This document shows positions 31,706 through 40,643 of a stretch of 57,491 bases of DNA, in pieces. Source of the DNA: an uncultured Alphaproteobacteria bacterium (lineage in GTDB: Bacteria; Pseudomonadota; Alphaproteobacteria; RF32; CAG-239). The DNA lies in the NCBI GenBank assembly GCA_944390375.1, contig CALXPZ010000049.1:1-57491 (forward strand), written 5' to 3'. Every line of letters begins with the position of its first letter. The stretch's first letter is position 1. A model generated the notes under the pieces. It was not told the origin of the DNA, did no database searches, and worked only from the letters and a program-made list of their open reading frames with translations. A program made the translations under genes and the position numbers.

Positions 31706-32344
31706 CTAGCGTCTGCCGGCCTTTACCATCACTCGTTCAACTTCTTCCGCAATCAACTTCGGCAGATAATGAGAAAGCCATTCTTCCAGGACAGGAACGA
31801 CGGTTTCGCGGACAACGTTTTGCAGCATGCGGTTATCAATCTTTTCGGCAACCGCCTGCCCGACGATTTGCCGCAGCAGGGCATCGGCATCAAAGGCCGG
31901 CTGTTCCGCACGGCGGCGAGAATCATTTTGTTCAAACAGTCGGGTAAAGCTGTTGATAATTTCCTCAGAAACATCTGCGGCCGGTTGAATATCCGTTTCT
32001 TTTTGCCGTGCATCTGCCGATACCTTGCCGGCATGAAAAGCCGCCGGCTCTTCCGCAACGGCATTCTCTCTTAAAGCACCGGGAACCGGTGTATAAAGGA
32101 AATCTGCCCGCGGAGCCGGCGTATTTTCTTTTTCGGCAACCGATGTTTCCACGGCAGCAGGACGGATGCTTTCAAAAAGCGGCTTTTCGACGCGATCGGT
32201 CGTTACCGGCGACATTTCAAAGACATCATCTTCTTCTTTTTCCCGGCGTTTATCCTTTTCTCCCCCGCTTTCTTCCAAAAGCCGACGGATGGAAGTCAGA
32301 ATTTCCGCCATTGAAAGTTCTTTATTTTCCTGTTCTGCTGCCAT
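31706..32344 (-). CDS. popZ: Polar organizing protein PopZ (DUF2497)
   Basis: SMAEILTSIRRLLEE N-terminal helix, PVLEEWLSHYLPKLIAEEVERV C-terminus, tolC-popZ-valS synteny. Confidence 0.8.
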   Translation of the reverse strand: MAAEQENKELSMAEILTSIRRLLEESGGEKDKRREKEEDDVFEMSPVTTDRVEKPLFESIRPAAVETSVAEKENTPAPRADFLYTPVPGALRENAVAEEPAAFHAGKVSADARQKETDIQPAADVSEEIINSFTRLFEQNDSRRRAEQPAFDADALLRQIVGQAVAEKIDNRMLQNVVRETVVPVLEEWLSHYLPKLIAEEVERVMVKAGRR

Positions 32345-32358
32345 TTCATTTTCCCGTA

Positions 32359-33723
32359 TCAATCATCCGTTGACAAAGAAAGCCACTTACCGCGGGTTTC
32401 TTTGTAATATTTCTTCGGATGGTACAATTCAACATTGAGTTTCAGATCTTCGGCCGTTAATCTGCCCATGGCCTGCATAACCTGCATGGCCGACAGATAA
32501 TACTGACGGCGGACGGTAACGACCTCTACCTTGGAATCGAGCAAAGTCTGAAAAGCATTCAGCACATCAAGAATCGTCCGGTTGCCGAGAGCCTCTTCCT
32601 TGCGGACGCCGTCAAGGGCGATTTCGTTTGCTTTTACCTGATCCTGCAAAGCTTTGATCATGGCATCGTTGGCAACCATCGACTCCCAATAACTGGTGAT
32701 ATCGGAAACCGCTGCCCGTTCGGCGCTCAAAAGCTGTTCGTGCGCCTGCCATTTATTGTATTTGCTCTGGCGGATTTTGGCTCTGTCTTCGCCGGCGTCA
32801 TAAAGGGGAATCGTCATGTTGACGCCAAATTCGACGCTGTTGATGGTGCTGTCGTCCAAACCGCTGTAACGGGGATCATTTTTCGTCTGTGCTGCACTGG
32901 CGGAAGCAGAAACCTGCGGCATCAGGGCGCCGTAATTGGCCTTTACCGTATATTCGCTCGCTTCCAGAGCCTTTTTGGCGGCCAGAATCTGATAGTTGTT
33001 ATTCATCGTATATTCCAGCGCCCGCTCGAAAGTGGCCGGCAGAAATTCGTGAATATTATCCGGTTCGCTCAAATTTTCCGGCTTTTTGCCGATAACCTGC
33101 TGATAAACGGCGCGGGCAACCTGCAGATTGCCTTCCGCGCTGATGCGGTTGGCGGTTGCCTGCGACAGACTGGCTTTGGCCTGCGCAACGTCGGTGCGGG
33201 TCAGCTCGCCGACATTAAAACGCTCAATCGTTTCGTCCAACTGTTTTTGCAACAGTTTTTCATTGCTTTTCTGAAGATCGACGATGGCCGCATCGCGAAC
33301 AACGTTCAAATAAGCTTCGGACGCGCTTAAAAAAACCGACTGTTCATAATTTGACAAATTATACTGTTCGGCACGAGCCGTGCTGTCGGCGGCTTTGACC
33401 GAATGATAGGTGGACAAACCGCTGAACAACGGCTGGGTGATTTCTGCGCCGATAGATGACGTTTCTTTGCTGCCGCGGTCGGTGTTGTCAAGATCGTCAT
33501 TGATGTTGGAACCGCCATAGCTGCCGGTCAAATCAATGGACGGGCGATACCCGGAACGGGCAATAGCCACATTTTCGTCAACAGAACGCAAATATGCACG
33601 CTGAGCCTGCAAATCGGGGTTACTTTTGTATGCTTCTCCCAGCGCCTCAAAAATCGTTTCCGCCCGAACCGGGGAACACAGGAGAACGCTGCCCATCAAA
33701 ACTGATGCAAAATATTTATTCAT
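32359..33723 (-). CDS. tolC: TolC family outer membrane protein
   Basis: Signal peptide, AYKSNPDLQAQRA, RFNVGELTRTDVAQA, GNRTILDVLNA. Confidence 0.92.
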   Translation of the reverse strand: MNKYFASVLMGSVLLCSPVRAETIFEALGEAYKSNPDLQAQRAYLRSVDENVAIARSGYRPSIDLTGSYGGSNINDDLDNTDRGSKETSSIGAEITQPLFSGLSTYHSVKAADSTARAEQYNLSNYEQSVFLSASEAYLNVVRDAAIVDLQKSNEKLLQKQLDETIERFNVGELTRTDVAQAKASLSQATANRISAEGNLQVARAVYQQVIGKKPENLSEPDNIHEFLPATFERALEYTMNNNYQILAAKKALEASEYTVKANYGALMPQVSASASAAQTKNDPRYSGLDDSTINSVEFGVNMTIPLYDAGEDRAKIRQSKYNKWQAHEQLLSAERAAVSDITSYWESMVANDAMIKALQDQVKANEIALDGVRKEEALGNRTILDVLNAFQTLLDSKVEVVTVRRQYYLSAMQVMQAMGRLTAEDLKLNVELYHPKKYYKETRGKWLSLSTDD

Positions 33724-33924
33724 TACTCACCTCTTTTAACTTTAGCTGTGGTGATTATATTCGATTTTTTGATGATTGCAATAAAATATTGTCCAGAAAA
33801 AACAAACAAGAAGATAAAAAGTAACGGCAATTTACCGGAATATACCCGCGGTTTGTTAACGATATTTCAAACAATTACCGATTATGCTGTCGACAAAACC
33901 AATATTATCGAAACAGGAGAAGCA

Positions 33925-36405
33925 ATGGTAAAAGAAAATTCGGTTATTTTAAATGAAATCGATAAAGCCAGATTAAAACTTTCGATTGAGCACTACATAA
34001 AATATTTTATCGGCAAACGCACCTGCGAAATCAGCAAAGAAGAAGCATTAAAAGTGATTTCTCTTGCGGTGCGCGAATTTGCAATGGACCGGATGTACCA
34101 GACAATCGCCCGCTACAACAAAGTTAACTCCAAACGGGTGTATTACCTGTCTATCGAATATCTGATCGGGCGGTCGCTTGAAAACAACCTGCGCAATCTC
34201 GGGCTGTTTGATATTTTGAAAAACATCAAAATCGAGGGTTGGCCGTGGGAATCTCTGGAAGAAATTTTTGATACCGAATATGATCCGGCACTCGGCAACG
34301 GCGGTCTCGGCCGGCTGGCGGCCTGTTACCTTGACTCGATGGCCTCGCTCGGTATCCCGGGGTTCGGCTACGGCATCAACTATGAATACGGCCTGTTCAA
34401 GCAGAAATTTGAAAACGGCTATCAGGTAGAAATGGCCGACAGCTGGTCGGGCGAAGACTCTCCCTGGCAGTTTGCCCGTCCCGACCGCAAAATTTCCATC
34501 CCTATGTACGGTGAGGTAGAAACACAGTATGCCGCCAACGGCGAACCGATGTTCATCTGGAAAAACTCAACCCATATTTACGGTATTCCGTACGATTTCC
34601 CGATTGTCGGTTACAACGGGAAATCGGTCAACTATCTGCGGTTATTCTCGGCCGAAGGCGACGAACAGCTTGACATCAACGTTTTCAACAAAGGCGGTTA
34701 CATCGACGCGGTTAAAGACAAAATCGAAAACGAAACCATTTCCAAAGTGCTTTATCCTTCCGACAGCATCGAATCGGGCAAGGAACTGCGCTTAAAACAG
34801 CAATATTTCTTTGTTTCCTGCGCCATTCAGGATATCATCCGGCGCTTTATGGAAAAGAGCAACGACTTTCACCGGATGCCGGAATATATCAGCATCCAGC
34901 TCAACGACACCCACCCGGCGCTGGCCATCCCCGAACTGATGCACCAACTGATCGACATTTACGGGCAGTCGTGGAACAGCGCCTGGGACATCACAACCAA
35001 AATTTTTGCCTATACCAACCACACCCTGCTGCCGGAAGCGCTGGAAGTCTGGCCGGCCTGGATGATGGGACGTCTGCTGCCGCGGCATGTTCATATTATT
35101 TATGAAATCAACCGCCGTTTTATCGAATTTGCCAAAACCAAATTCGGAAACGACTCTGAAAAACTGAACAAACTTTCGATTGTTTCCGGCGACGGCGGCA
35201 ATCAGATCATCCGCATGGCCAATCTTTCGATCGTCGGCTCGTTTAAGGTCAACGGGGTGGCCAGAATCCATTCCGAACTCTTAAAAACCAGACTGGTGCC
35301 GGAATTTTACGAACTGTGGCCGGAAAAATTTATCAACATTACCAACGGCGTTACCCCGCGGCGCTGGCTGTATCACGCCAACACCCCGCTGGCCGAACTG
35401 ATTTCTTCCAAAATCGGCGACAACTGGATTACCGATCTTGATCAGCTGCAGCAGATTGAAGATTTTGTCGACGATCCGGAATTTATTTCCCGCTTTATGG
35501 AAATTAAAAGAGAAAACAAAAAAAGACTGGACAAAAAAATATTCAAAACCACCGGTGTTGCGGTCAGCCCCCAAAGCGTGTTTATCGTGCAGGCCAAACG
35601 CATACACGAGTACAAGCGCCAGTTGATGACGATTTTGCAGGTTATCGGCGACTATCTGGCAATCATTAAAGACAACGCCATCCCGCCGCTGCCGAAAACT
35701 TATATTTTCGCGGGTAAGGCGGCGCCGTCCTATAACTTTGCCAAACAGATCATCAAGCTGATCAACAACGTGGCCGACGTGGTCAACAACGATCCGCGGG
35801 TCAACGACAAGATCAAGGTGGTGTTTGTTCCCGATTATAAAGTATCGCTGGCGGAACTGCTGATCCCCGCCGCCGACATCAGTATTCAGAATTCGACCGC
35901 CGGCTTTGAGGCCTCGGGCACCGGCAATATGAAATTTGCTTTAAACGGCGCCCTGACCGTCGGCACCTATGACGGTGCCAATATTGAAATCCGGGAGGCC
36001 GTCGGCCCCGAAAACTTCTATTTGTTCGGCCTGCGCGAAGAGCAGATCGCAGAAATGCACAGCAACAACTCGTACAAACCGCAGGAAGTTTACGAGCGCT
36101 CCGACTATATCAAACGAATCATGAATTCGCTTAACTCCAACACGTTCTGCGAAAAAGAATATGTGCTCCTGTTTAAGATGATTTACGAAGAGCTTTTGTC
36201 CCGCGACTATTATATGGTGCTGGCGGATCTGGCGGAGTTTAACCAGGCTCTGCACCGGGCGGAACATGATTATATGGACAAGGAAAAATGGGCCAAAATG
36301 GCCATCCGAAACGTGGCCAGAATCGGACGTTTTTCAAGCGACCGGGCAGTTATGGAATATGCCGACAAGATCTGGCACATCAAACCGGTGGCAGAACAAG
36401 CCTAA
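33925..36405 (+). CDS. glgP: Glycogen/maltodextrin phosphorylase
   Basis: LGNGGLGRLAAC, QLNDTHP, KRIHEYKRQ, EASGTGNMKFALNG; start taken at MVKENS after AGGAG. Confidence 0.97.
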   Translation: MVKENSVILNEIDKARLKLSIEHYIKYFIGKRTCEISKEEALKVISLAVREFAMDRMYQTIARYNKVNSKRVYYLSIEYLIGRSLENNLRNLGLFDILKNIKIEGWPWESLEEIFDTEYDPALGNGGLGRLAACYLDSMASLGIPGFGYGINYEYGLFKQKFENGYQVEMADSWSGEDSPWQFARPDRKISIPMYGEVETQYAANGEPMFIWKNSTHIYGIPYDFPIVGYNGKSVNYLRLFSAEGDEQLDINVFNKGGYIDAVKDKIENETISKVLYPSDSIESGKELRLKQQYFFVSCAIQDIIRRFMEKSNDFHRMPEYISIQLNDTHPALAIPELMHQLIDIYGQSWNSAWDITTKIFAYTNHTLLPEALEVWPAWMMGRLLPRHVHIIYEINRRFIEFAKTKFGNDSEKLNKLSIVSGDGGNQIIRMANLSIVGSFKVNGVARIHSELLKTRLVPEFYELWPEKFINITNGVTPRRWLYHANTPLAELISSKIGDNWITDLDQLQQIEDFVDDPEFISRFMEIKRENKKRLDKKIFKTTGVAVSPQSVFIVQAKRIHEYKRQLMTILQVIGDYLAIIKDNAIPPLPKTYIFAGKAAPSYNFAKQIIKLINNVADVVNNDPRVNDKIKVVFVPDYKVSLAELLIPAADISIQNSTAGFEASGTGNMKFALNGALTVGTYDGANIEIREAVGPENFYLFGLREEQIAEMHSNNSYKPQEVYERSDYIKRIMNSLNSNTFCEKEYVLLFKMIYEELLSRDYYMVLADLAEFNQALHRAEHDYMDKEKWAKMAIRNVARIGRFSSDRAVMEYADKIWHIKPVAEQA

Positions 36406-36438
36406 AAAACAAAGGGGACAACCGCCCTCTTTTGTTTT
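36406..36438 (+). terminator. glgP terminator
   Basis: aaaacaaagggg...cctcttttgtttt hairpin. Confidence 0.65.
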
Positions 36439-36509
36439 ATGCGGCGTCCAAACGGGTTTTTGTCTGCCGATTTGATCCTCTTCTTTTAGTATTATCCCCA
36501 AACCAGGAC

Positions 36510-36696
36510 GAAGGCCCCGGCCTTCCTTCACCCGCGGGGGTTAACCCGGCAGCACGGTCGCGGCAGACGATGTTTCTTAAATATTATATCTCCGGGGAAC
36601 TGCCGATATAAGCGTGTCCTCGCGGCATGGCGAATAAGGCAGACTGTGTTGTAACAGTCGTTAACACCCCGCCTCGGTTTTATCCGGGCGGTTTTT
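36510..36696 (+). ncRNA. Structured leader RNA with alternative pairings and a terminator hairpin, C4/CI-like architecture
   Basis: Nested stems CGGGG/CCCCG, CTGCC/GGCAG, GACTGT/ACAGTC; terminator 36669-36696; long-range complement 36534-36545 vs 36660-36672. Confidence 0.5.
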
Positions 36697-36734
36697 GTTT
36701 ACGGATTATCAAAACAAAAATGAGGAGTTATAAG

Positions 36735-36992
36735 ATGATGTTAAGAAAAAAGACTTTTTAGCGGGCCAGAAAAGAACTTTTGAAAAGTTATGCGGAGGAG
36801 CTCCGCCGCTGCCGGTGCGAAAATAAAATCAGGCTGAAAACAATCGGCGCATATCCGCCCCGCTTTGATCCCGATTATATCGACAAGATAGAGCTTGCCT
36901 GTACCGGAACTTATCCGGGGCTGAATATCCTGGTCTATATCGCCCTTGCCTGCGGCAAAAAAATATCCATCCGTTTTGAAGACCTGAAATAA
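36735..36992 (+). pseudogene. XRE-like helix-turn-helix protein interrupted by in-frame TAG at codon 9
   Basis: GAGGAG RBS then ATG at 36735; MMLRKKTF*RARKELLKSYAEELRRCR...YIDKIE...PGLNILVYIALACGKKISIRFED. Confidence 0.55.
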
Positions 36993-36993
36993 C

Positions 36994-37026
36994 AAAAAAA
37001 CCTCCGTTAAAACGGAGGTTTTTTTT
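36994..37026. terminator. Bidirectional terminator
   Basis: aaaaaaacctccgtt-aa-aacggaggtttttttt. Confidence 0.85.
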
Positions 37027-37044
37027 GTTGATTGCAAACCGCTG

Positions 37045-38949
37045 TTACTGTGCAGAGGTCCGGATATCGCTGCCGATGGCCTCTTCCACGATATAGTCGT
37101 CTTTGCAGTTGTTGCCGGCACAACGTTTCAGAACGGTGGCGGTGCTGCCGTCAACCTGTCCTTTGACGGTCAGGGAGGGGACAAACACTTCCTTAATCGT
37201 AATCTTGAACGTCATATAGGCCACATTTCCCTTTTCATCGCTGAAATAAACTTTCAGGTTATAGGTGCCTTCCTGGCCGGGCATGGCGGTTCCGTTAAAG
37301 GTGCGGGTTTCTTCGTTATAGGTCAGCCATTTCGGCAGCGGTTTGTCGTCGACGGTGCCGGCGCGGCTGATGACTTTGCCCTCAAAATCCATACGGGCAA
37401 GCGCCGAATCGGGAACCTGAACGGTAATCTTCTTGCCGGTTTCGCCTTTAACATCAGGCAGCAGCGTATCGGAGCTGAGGTTTACCGGCGGGCGTTTGGC
37501 CGGAATATTCAGCAGATACGGACGGTTGTCGGGCATAAAATCGCCTTTTGCCCATTTTTCCAACGTATTGCGCAGATAAACGGCAATTTTGGAAGGCTTT
37601 TCGTTCAGCATATAATAAGGAATTGCATCCAGCCCAATGGTGGCATAAAGGTTGCCCAGGGCCTCCTGAACATCGGCATATGATTTGAAGGCCTTAACTT
37701 CGTCTTCTATCGCACGGGAGGCTTCCAACTGGCTTTTTTCTGCCCGGCTGCCGTCGGCAATCGTGATGTCTTCGGCAATGTTTTCCGAAGTGGCGGCAAT
37801 TTCCATATTGATCTGATAATCCTCAACAGCAGACATATACTGCGCCCAAGCAACATAGACCTGGCTCAGGATAAGGGCGCTCATGCGCTGGCGGCGCAGG
37901 TGCTCCATATCCAGCACATTCGGATTGGCGGGATCTTCAAACACGCTCATACCGAGTTCGCGTGCCTGTTTTGACCACAGACGATTATAAAACTCCGGAT
38001 CATTTTTATATTGTTTCAGCCCCGGATCTTTAATATCTTTAATCACCAGTTTCATCCGCTCGGCATTGACGGCCAGATCGTGCTCGCGCAGTTCGGGACG
38101 GTTGCTTAAAGCAAGCCATTCCAGATCGGCCAGCGAATTGCGGATGCGCGGCAGTTCAAAATTGCCGTATTCGGAACCGACCAACTTGAACTCGGTCGAC
38201 GGGTGCAGCCCCATCAGGCTGGCCAGACGGGTCTGAGCCGTTTCCATATCTCTTTTGAGAAGAGCCAGATTTTTGACTGCTTCCATATATTGTCTTTTCT
38301 TAACCAACTCGTTGACCGGCGGTTCTTCGCCCTTTTTTGCCAGATCTTTGGCGCGGGCGTTCATCTCGTCTACTTCCAGCGTCATATATTCGGTCATATC
38401 ATCAATCACCGGCAGCAGACGCTGGGCAGTTAACGTCTTCCAATAAAGGGTGCGGGTTTCTTGCAGAATGTTGTGGATAACTTTGCGGCTTTCCTCAAAA
38501 GCGACGCTGGCTTTATAGTCGTTATCGCGGCTTAAGCAATATACCATCGAAATATCGAGCATATTCCAGGCCACTTTCAAATCCGGGCTCATCTCCGAAT
38601 TGGTGTCGTTGATATAACCGGCGTGGCTGACGATTTCCGGCAAGCGGTTAACCGGTGAATGCCCTGCCCGAATGATGCTGTCTTCATAAGAAATCAGCCG
38701 GCGGGTATAGTTGTATTTCAGCGCCAAAGCCATTGCCATATAAAGGTCTATCGGCTTTTCAATCTTGGTCGGCGTGCTGACATACATATTTTGCAAGTCG
38801 ACATCAACCCGGACGGCGCGGTCCCAGTCGTTATAGAGAACGGATTCCGGATTGTAGGCTGCCGGTTCGGGTGAACTTACGGCGCCGTTCTGCCCGCAGG
38901 AAGCGGCGAATATCACGGGAATAAACAAAGATATCAATAGTTTTTTCAT
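37045..38949 (-). CDS. TolC-like outer membrane lipoprotein with C-terminal Ig-like (He_PIG/CADG) domain
   Basis: Lipobox FAASC, PIDLYMAMALALKYN, ALSNRPELRE; C-terminal DDKPLPKWLTYNEETRTFNGT. Confidence 0.75.
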   Translation of the reverse strand: MKKLLISLFIPVIFAASCGQNGAVSSPEPAAYNPESVLYNDWDRAVRVDVDLQNMYVSTPTKIEKPIDLYMAMALALKYNYTRRLISYEDSIIRAGHSPVNRLPEIVSHAGYINDTNSEMSPDLKVAWNMLDISMVYCLSRDNDYKASVAFEESRKVIHNILQETRTLYWKTLTAQRLLPVIDDMTEYMTLEVDEMNARAKDLAKKGEEPPVNELVKKRQYMEAVKNLALLKRDMETAQTRLASLMGLHPSTEFKLVGSEYGNFELPRIRNSLADLEWLALSNRPELREHDLAVNAERMKLVIKDIKDPGLKQYKNDPEFYNRLWSKQARELGMSVFEDPANPNVLDMEHLRRQRMSALILSQVYVAWAQYMSAVEDYQINMEIAATSENIAEDITIADGSRAEKSQLEASRAIEDEVKAFKSYADVQEALGNLYATIGLDAIPYYMLNEKPSKIAVYLRNTLEKWAKGDFMPDNRPYLLNIPAKRPPVNLSSDTLLPDVKGETGKKITVQVPDSALARMDFEGKVISRAGTVDDKPLPKWLTYNEETRTFNGTAMPGQEGTYNLKVYFSDEKGNVAYMTFKITIKEVFVPSLTVKGQVDGSTATVLKRCAGNNCKDDYIVEEAIGSDIRTSAQ

Positions 38950-39114
38950 CAGTAAAAACCCTTTATGTACACAAAGTTACTGTTATATGTTTACACTAAT
39001 ATTTTCTAACTTGGTAGTATTTTTTTCCGGTTTCGCAGTATTTATTTGCTTTTTGACAGCTTTGATGTATAAAATATATCCAAACGGATTTAATGTAAAG
39101 GACGATAAATTCCG

Positions 39115-39894
39115 ATGTTCGGCATTTTTACAACGATTTTTAAGTACAAAGAAAAAGAAAGCCCCGACAAACTCGGTTTGTATCCGGAGCAGGTGCACGT
39201 CGATGCCATGCCCGAACGCCGCTATCTGTGGACATCCCGCTTTTTGGTAATTATCGCCTGTATGTCCATCTGCTTTAACATGATGCTGGCCAGCGCCCTT
39301 TATGTTATGCTCCCGCAGCGTTCAAGCGCCCCACAGCTGTTTTACATAGACCATTATTTCAGCGAAATCGAACGGGCGCAACCGATGGAAATCAATTATC
39401 CGGCAGGCAACCTGATCAACGAAGAACACATAACCAACTATATTATGCTGCGCTACCTGATCACCAACGATTATGACGAGCTGATCCGCCGCTGGGGAGA
39501 GGGCTCTTACGTTTTCTGGTATTCCTCCCCGTTCATTTTTGACGAATTTACGCGCTATGACGCAAAGTTCAATATGCTGCAATTTCGCAGTAAAAATATG
39601 ATGCGCGATGTGGAAATCGACTGGATCAGGCCGCTCGGTACGGGCTTGTGGCAAACTCAGTTCCGTACCATCGACTATATGCCCCAAAACCCGACTCCCG
39701 AAGTCAACCTCTGGCGGGCGGTCATGCGGCTGCGGTTTGTCAAGCTCAGAAACAGAACTCATGAAGACGCGCTGAAAAACCCGTTCGGGTTTCTGATTAC
39801 CAATTATTCGCTCTCTTATCTCGGCGTTCCCAACGCCTCGCAGCACTATCTGGCAGAATCCAAACGAATCACCAAAGAGCTGTTCTTCAGATAA
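39115..39894 (+). CDS. VirB8/TrbF family type IV secretion component
   Basis: Single TM, ITNYIMLR, KNPFGFLITNYS (NPxG motif). Confidence 0.75.
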   Translation: MFGIFTTIFKYKEKESPDKLGLYPEQVHVDAMPERRYLWTSRFLVIIACMSICFNMMLASALYVMLPQRSSAPQLFYIDHYFSEIERAQPMEINYPAGNLINEEHITNYIMLRYLITNDYDELIRRWGEGSYVFWYSSPFIFDEFTRYDAKFNMLQFRSKNMMRDVEIDWIRPLGTGLWQTQFRTIDYMPQNPTPEVNLWRAVMRLRFVKLRNRTHEDALKNPFGFLITNYSLSYLGVPNASQHYLAESKRITKELFFR

Positions 39895-39913
39895 TGCAAA
39901 AAAACGACCTAAC

Positions 39914-39948
39914 AAAAAACATCCGTCCGAAAGGGCGGATGTTTTTTT
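39914..39948. terminator. Bidirectional terminator
   Basis: aaaaaacatccgtcc-gaaa-gggcggatgttttttt. Confidence 0.85.
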
Positions 39949-39971
39949 GTTCCAAACTTAAAACCTGTTAG

Positions 39972-40562
39972 TCAACGCCCGTCGCGCGAGGCGTCTTTTT
40001 TGAGGGCTGCCGCCTGTTCCCGGTTTTGTTTGATGAGCTCGACATTGCGGGCGAAACGTTCCGGATCGTTATAGGCATTGATCGCTTTTTTGAGCAAACT
40101 GGTGTTGACATATTTTTCCGCGCGGAAGGGAACGTCATCACATTCCGCCATCTTGCCCGCCTGCTGGCGTTCGGTTTTGGTCAGACTGCCGAAACCGCCG
40201 ACAAAGCCTTCGTCAACAACTTTGCTGCCTTTGGCAATTTTCAGCGCCATCAGATCGTCCGCACTTTTTTCGATGATAGACACATGGGAAAACAAGCGCC
40301 CATATTTTCCTGATTGTTCAGGATCTTCCGGCTCATACACACGACCGGTTCGCTCATCAATCCGTGCCCTGCCCGGCTGTGCCATATAGTATAATGTTTC
40401 CTTGTCTTTGCCTTCGACCAAAACATCTATGACCGGACAGCCGTACTTGTTTTCGGAAAAAATAAAGACATTTCCGTCTTCATCCGCCGCTGAGCGAATG
40501 TTTCCGCCTCTGTCAAGACCATCGTTCTCGGACATCCGGCGTGCAAATTCTTCCTTCTCCAT
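39972..40562 (-). CDS. Hypothetical protein
   Basis: GAGGA RBS, 196-aa soluble ORF with its own terminator. Confidence 0.75.
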   Translation of the reverse strand: MEKEEFARRMSENDGLDRGGNIRSAADEDGNVFIFSENKYGCPVIDVLVEGKDKETLYYMAQPGRARIDERTGRVYEPEDPEQSGKYGRLFSHVSIIEKSADDLMALKIAKGSKVVDEGFVGGFGSLTKTERQQAGKMAECDDVPFRAEKYVNTSLLKKAINAYNDPERFARNVELIKQNREQAAALKKDASRDGR

Positions 40563-40643
40563 GGTACTATCCTCTTTAATGTTGCCGTTATAATAAAATA
40601 ATACCTGAATTTAAAAATTTTGTCAAATTTTTAAAACAATATG

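Noticed and set aside
36440-36700. tmRNA, 6S RNA, RNase P or a common riboswitch
   Set aside because: No tRNA-like ends or tag peptide, and no FMN, TPP, cobalamin, SAM or glycine consensus recognised by eye; an Rfam search is still needed
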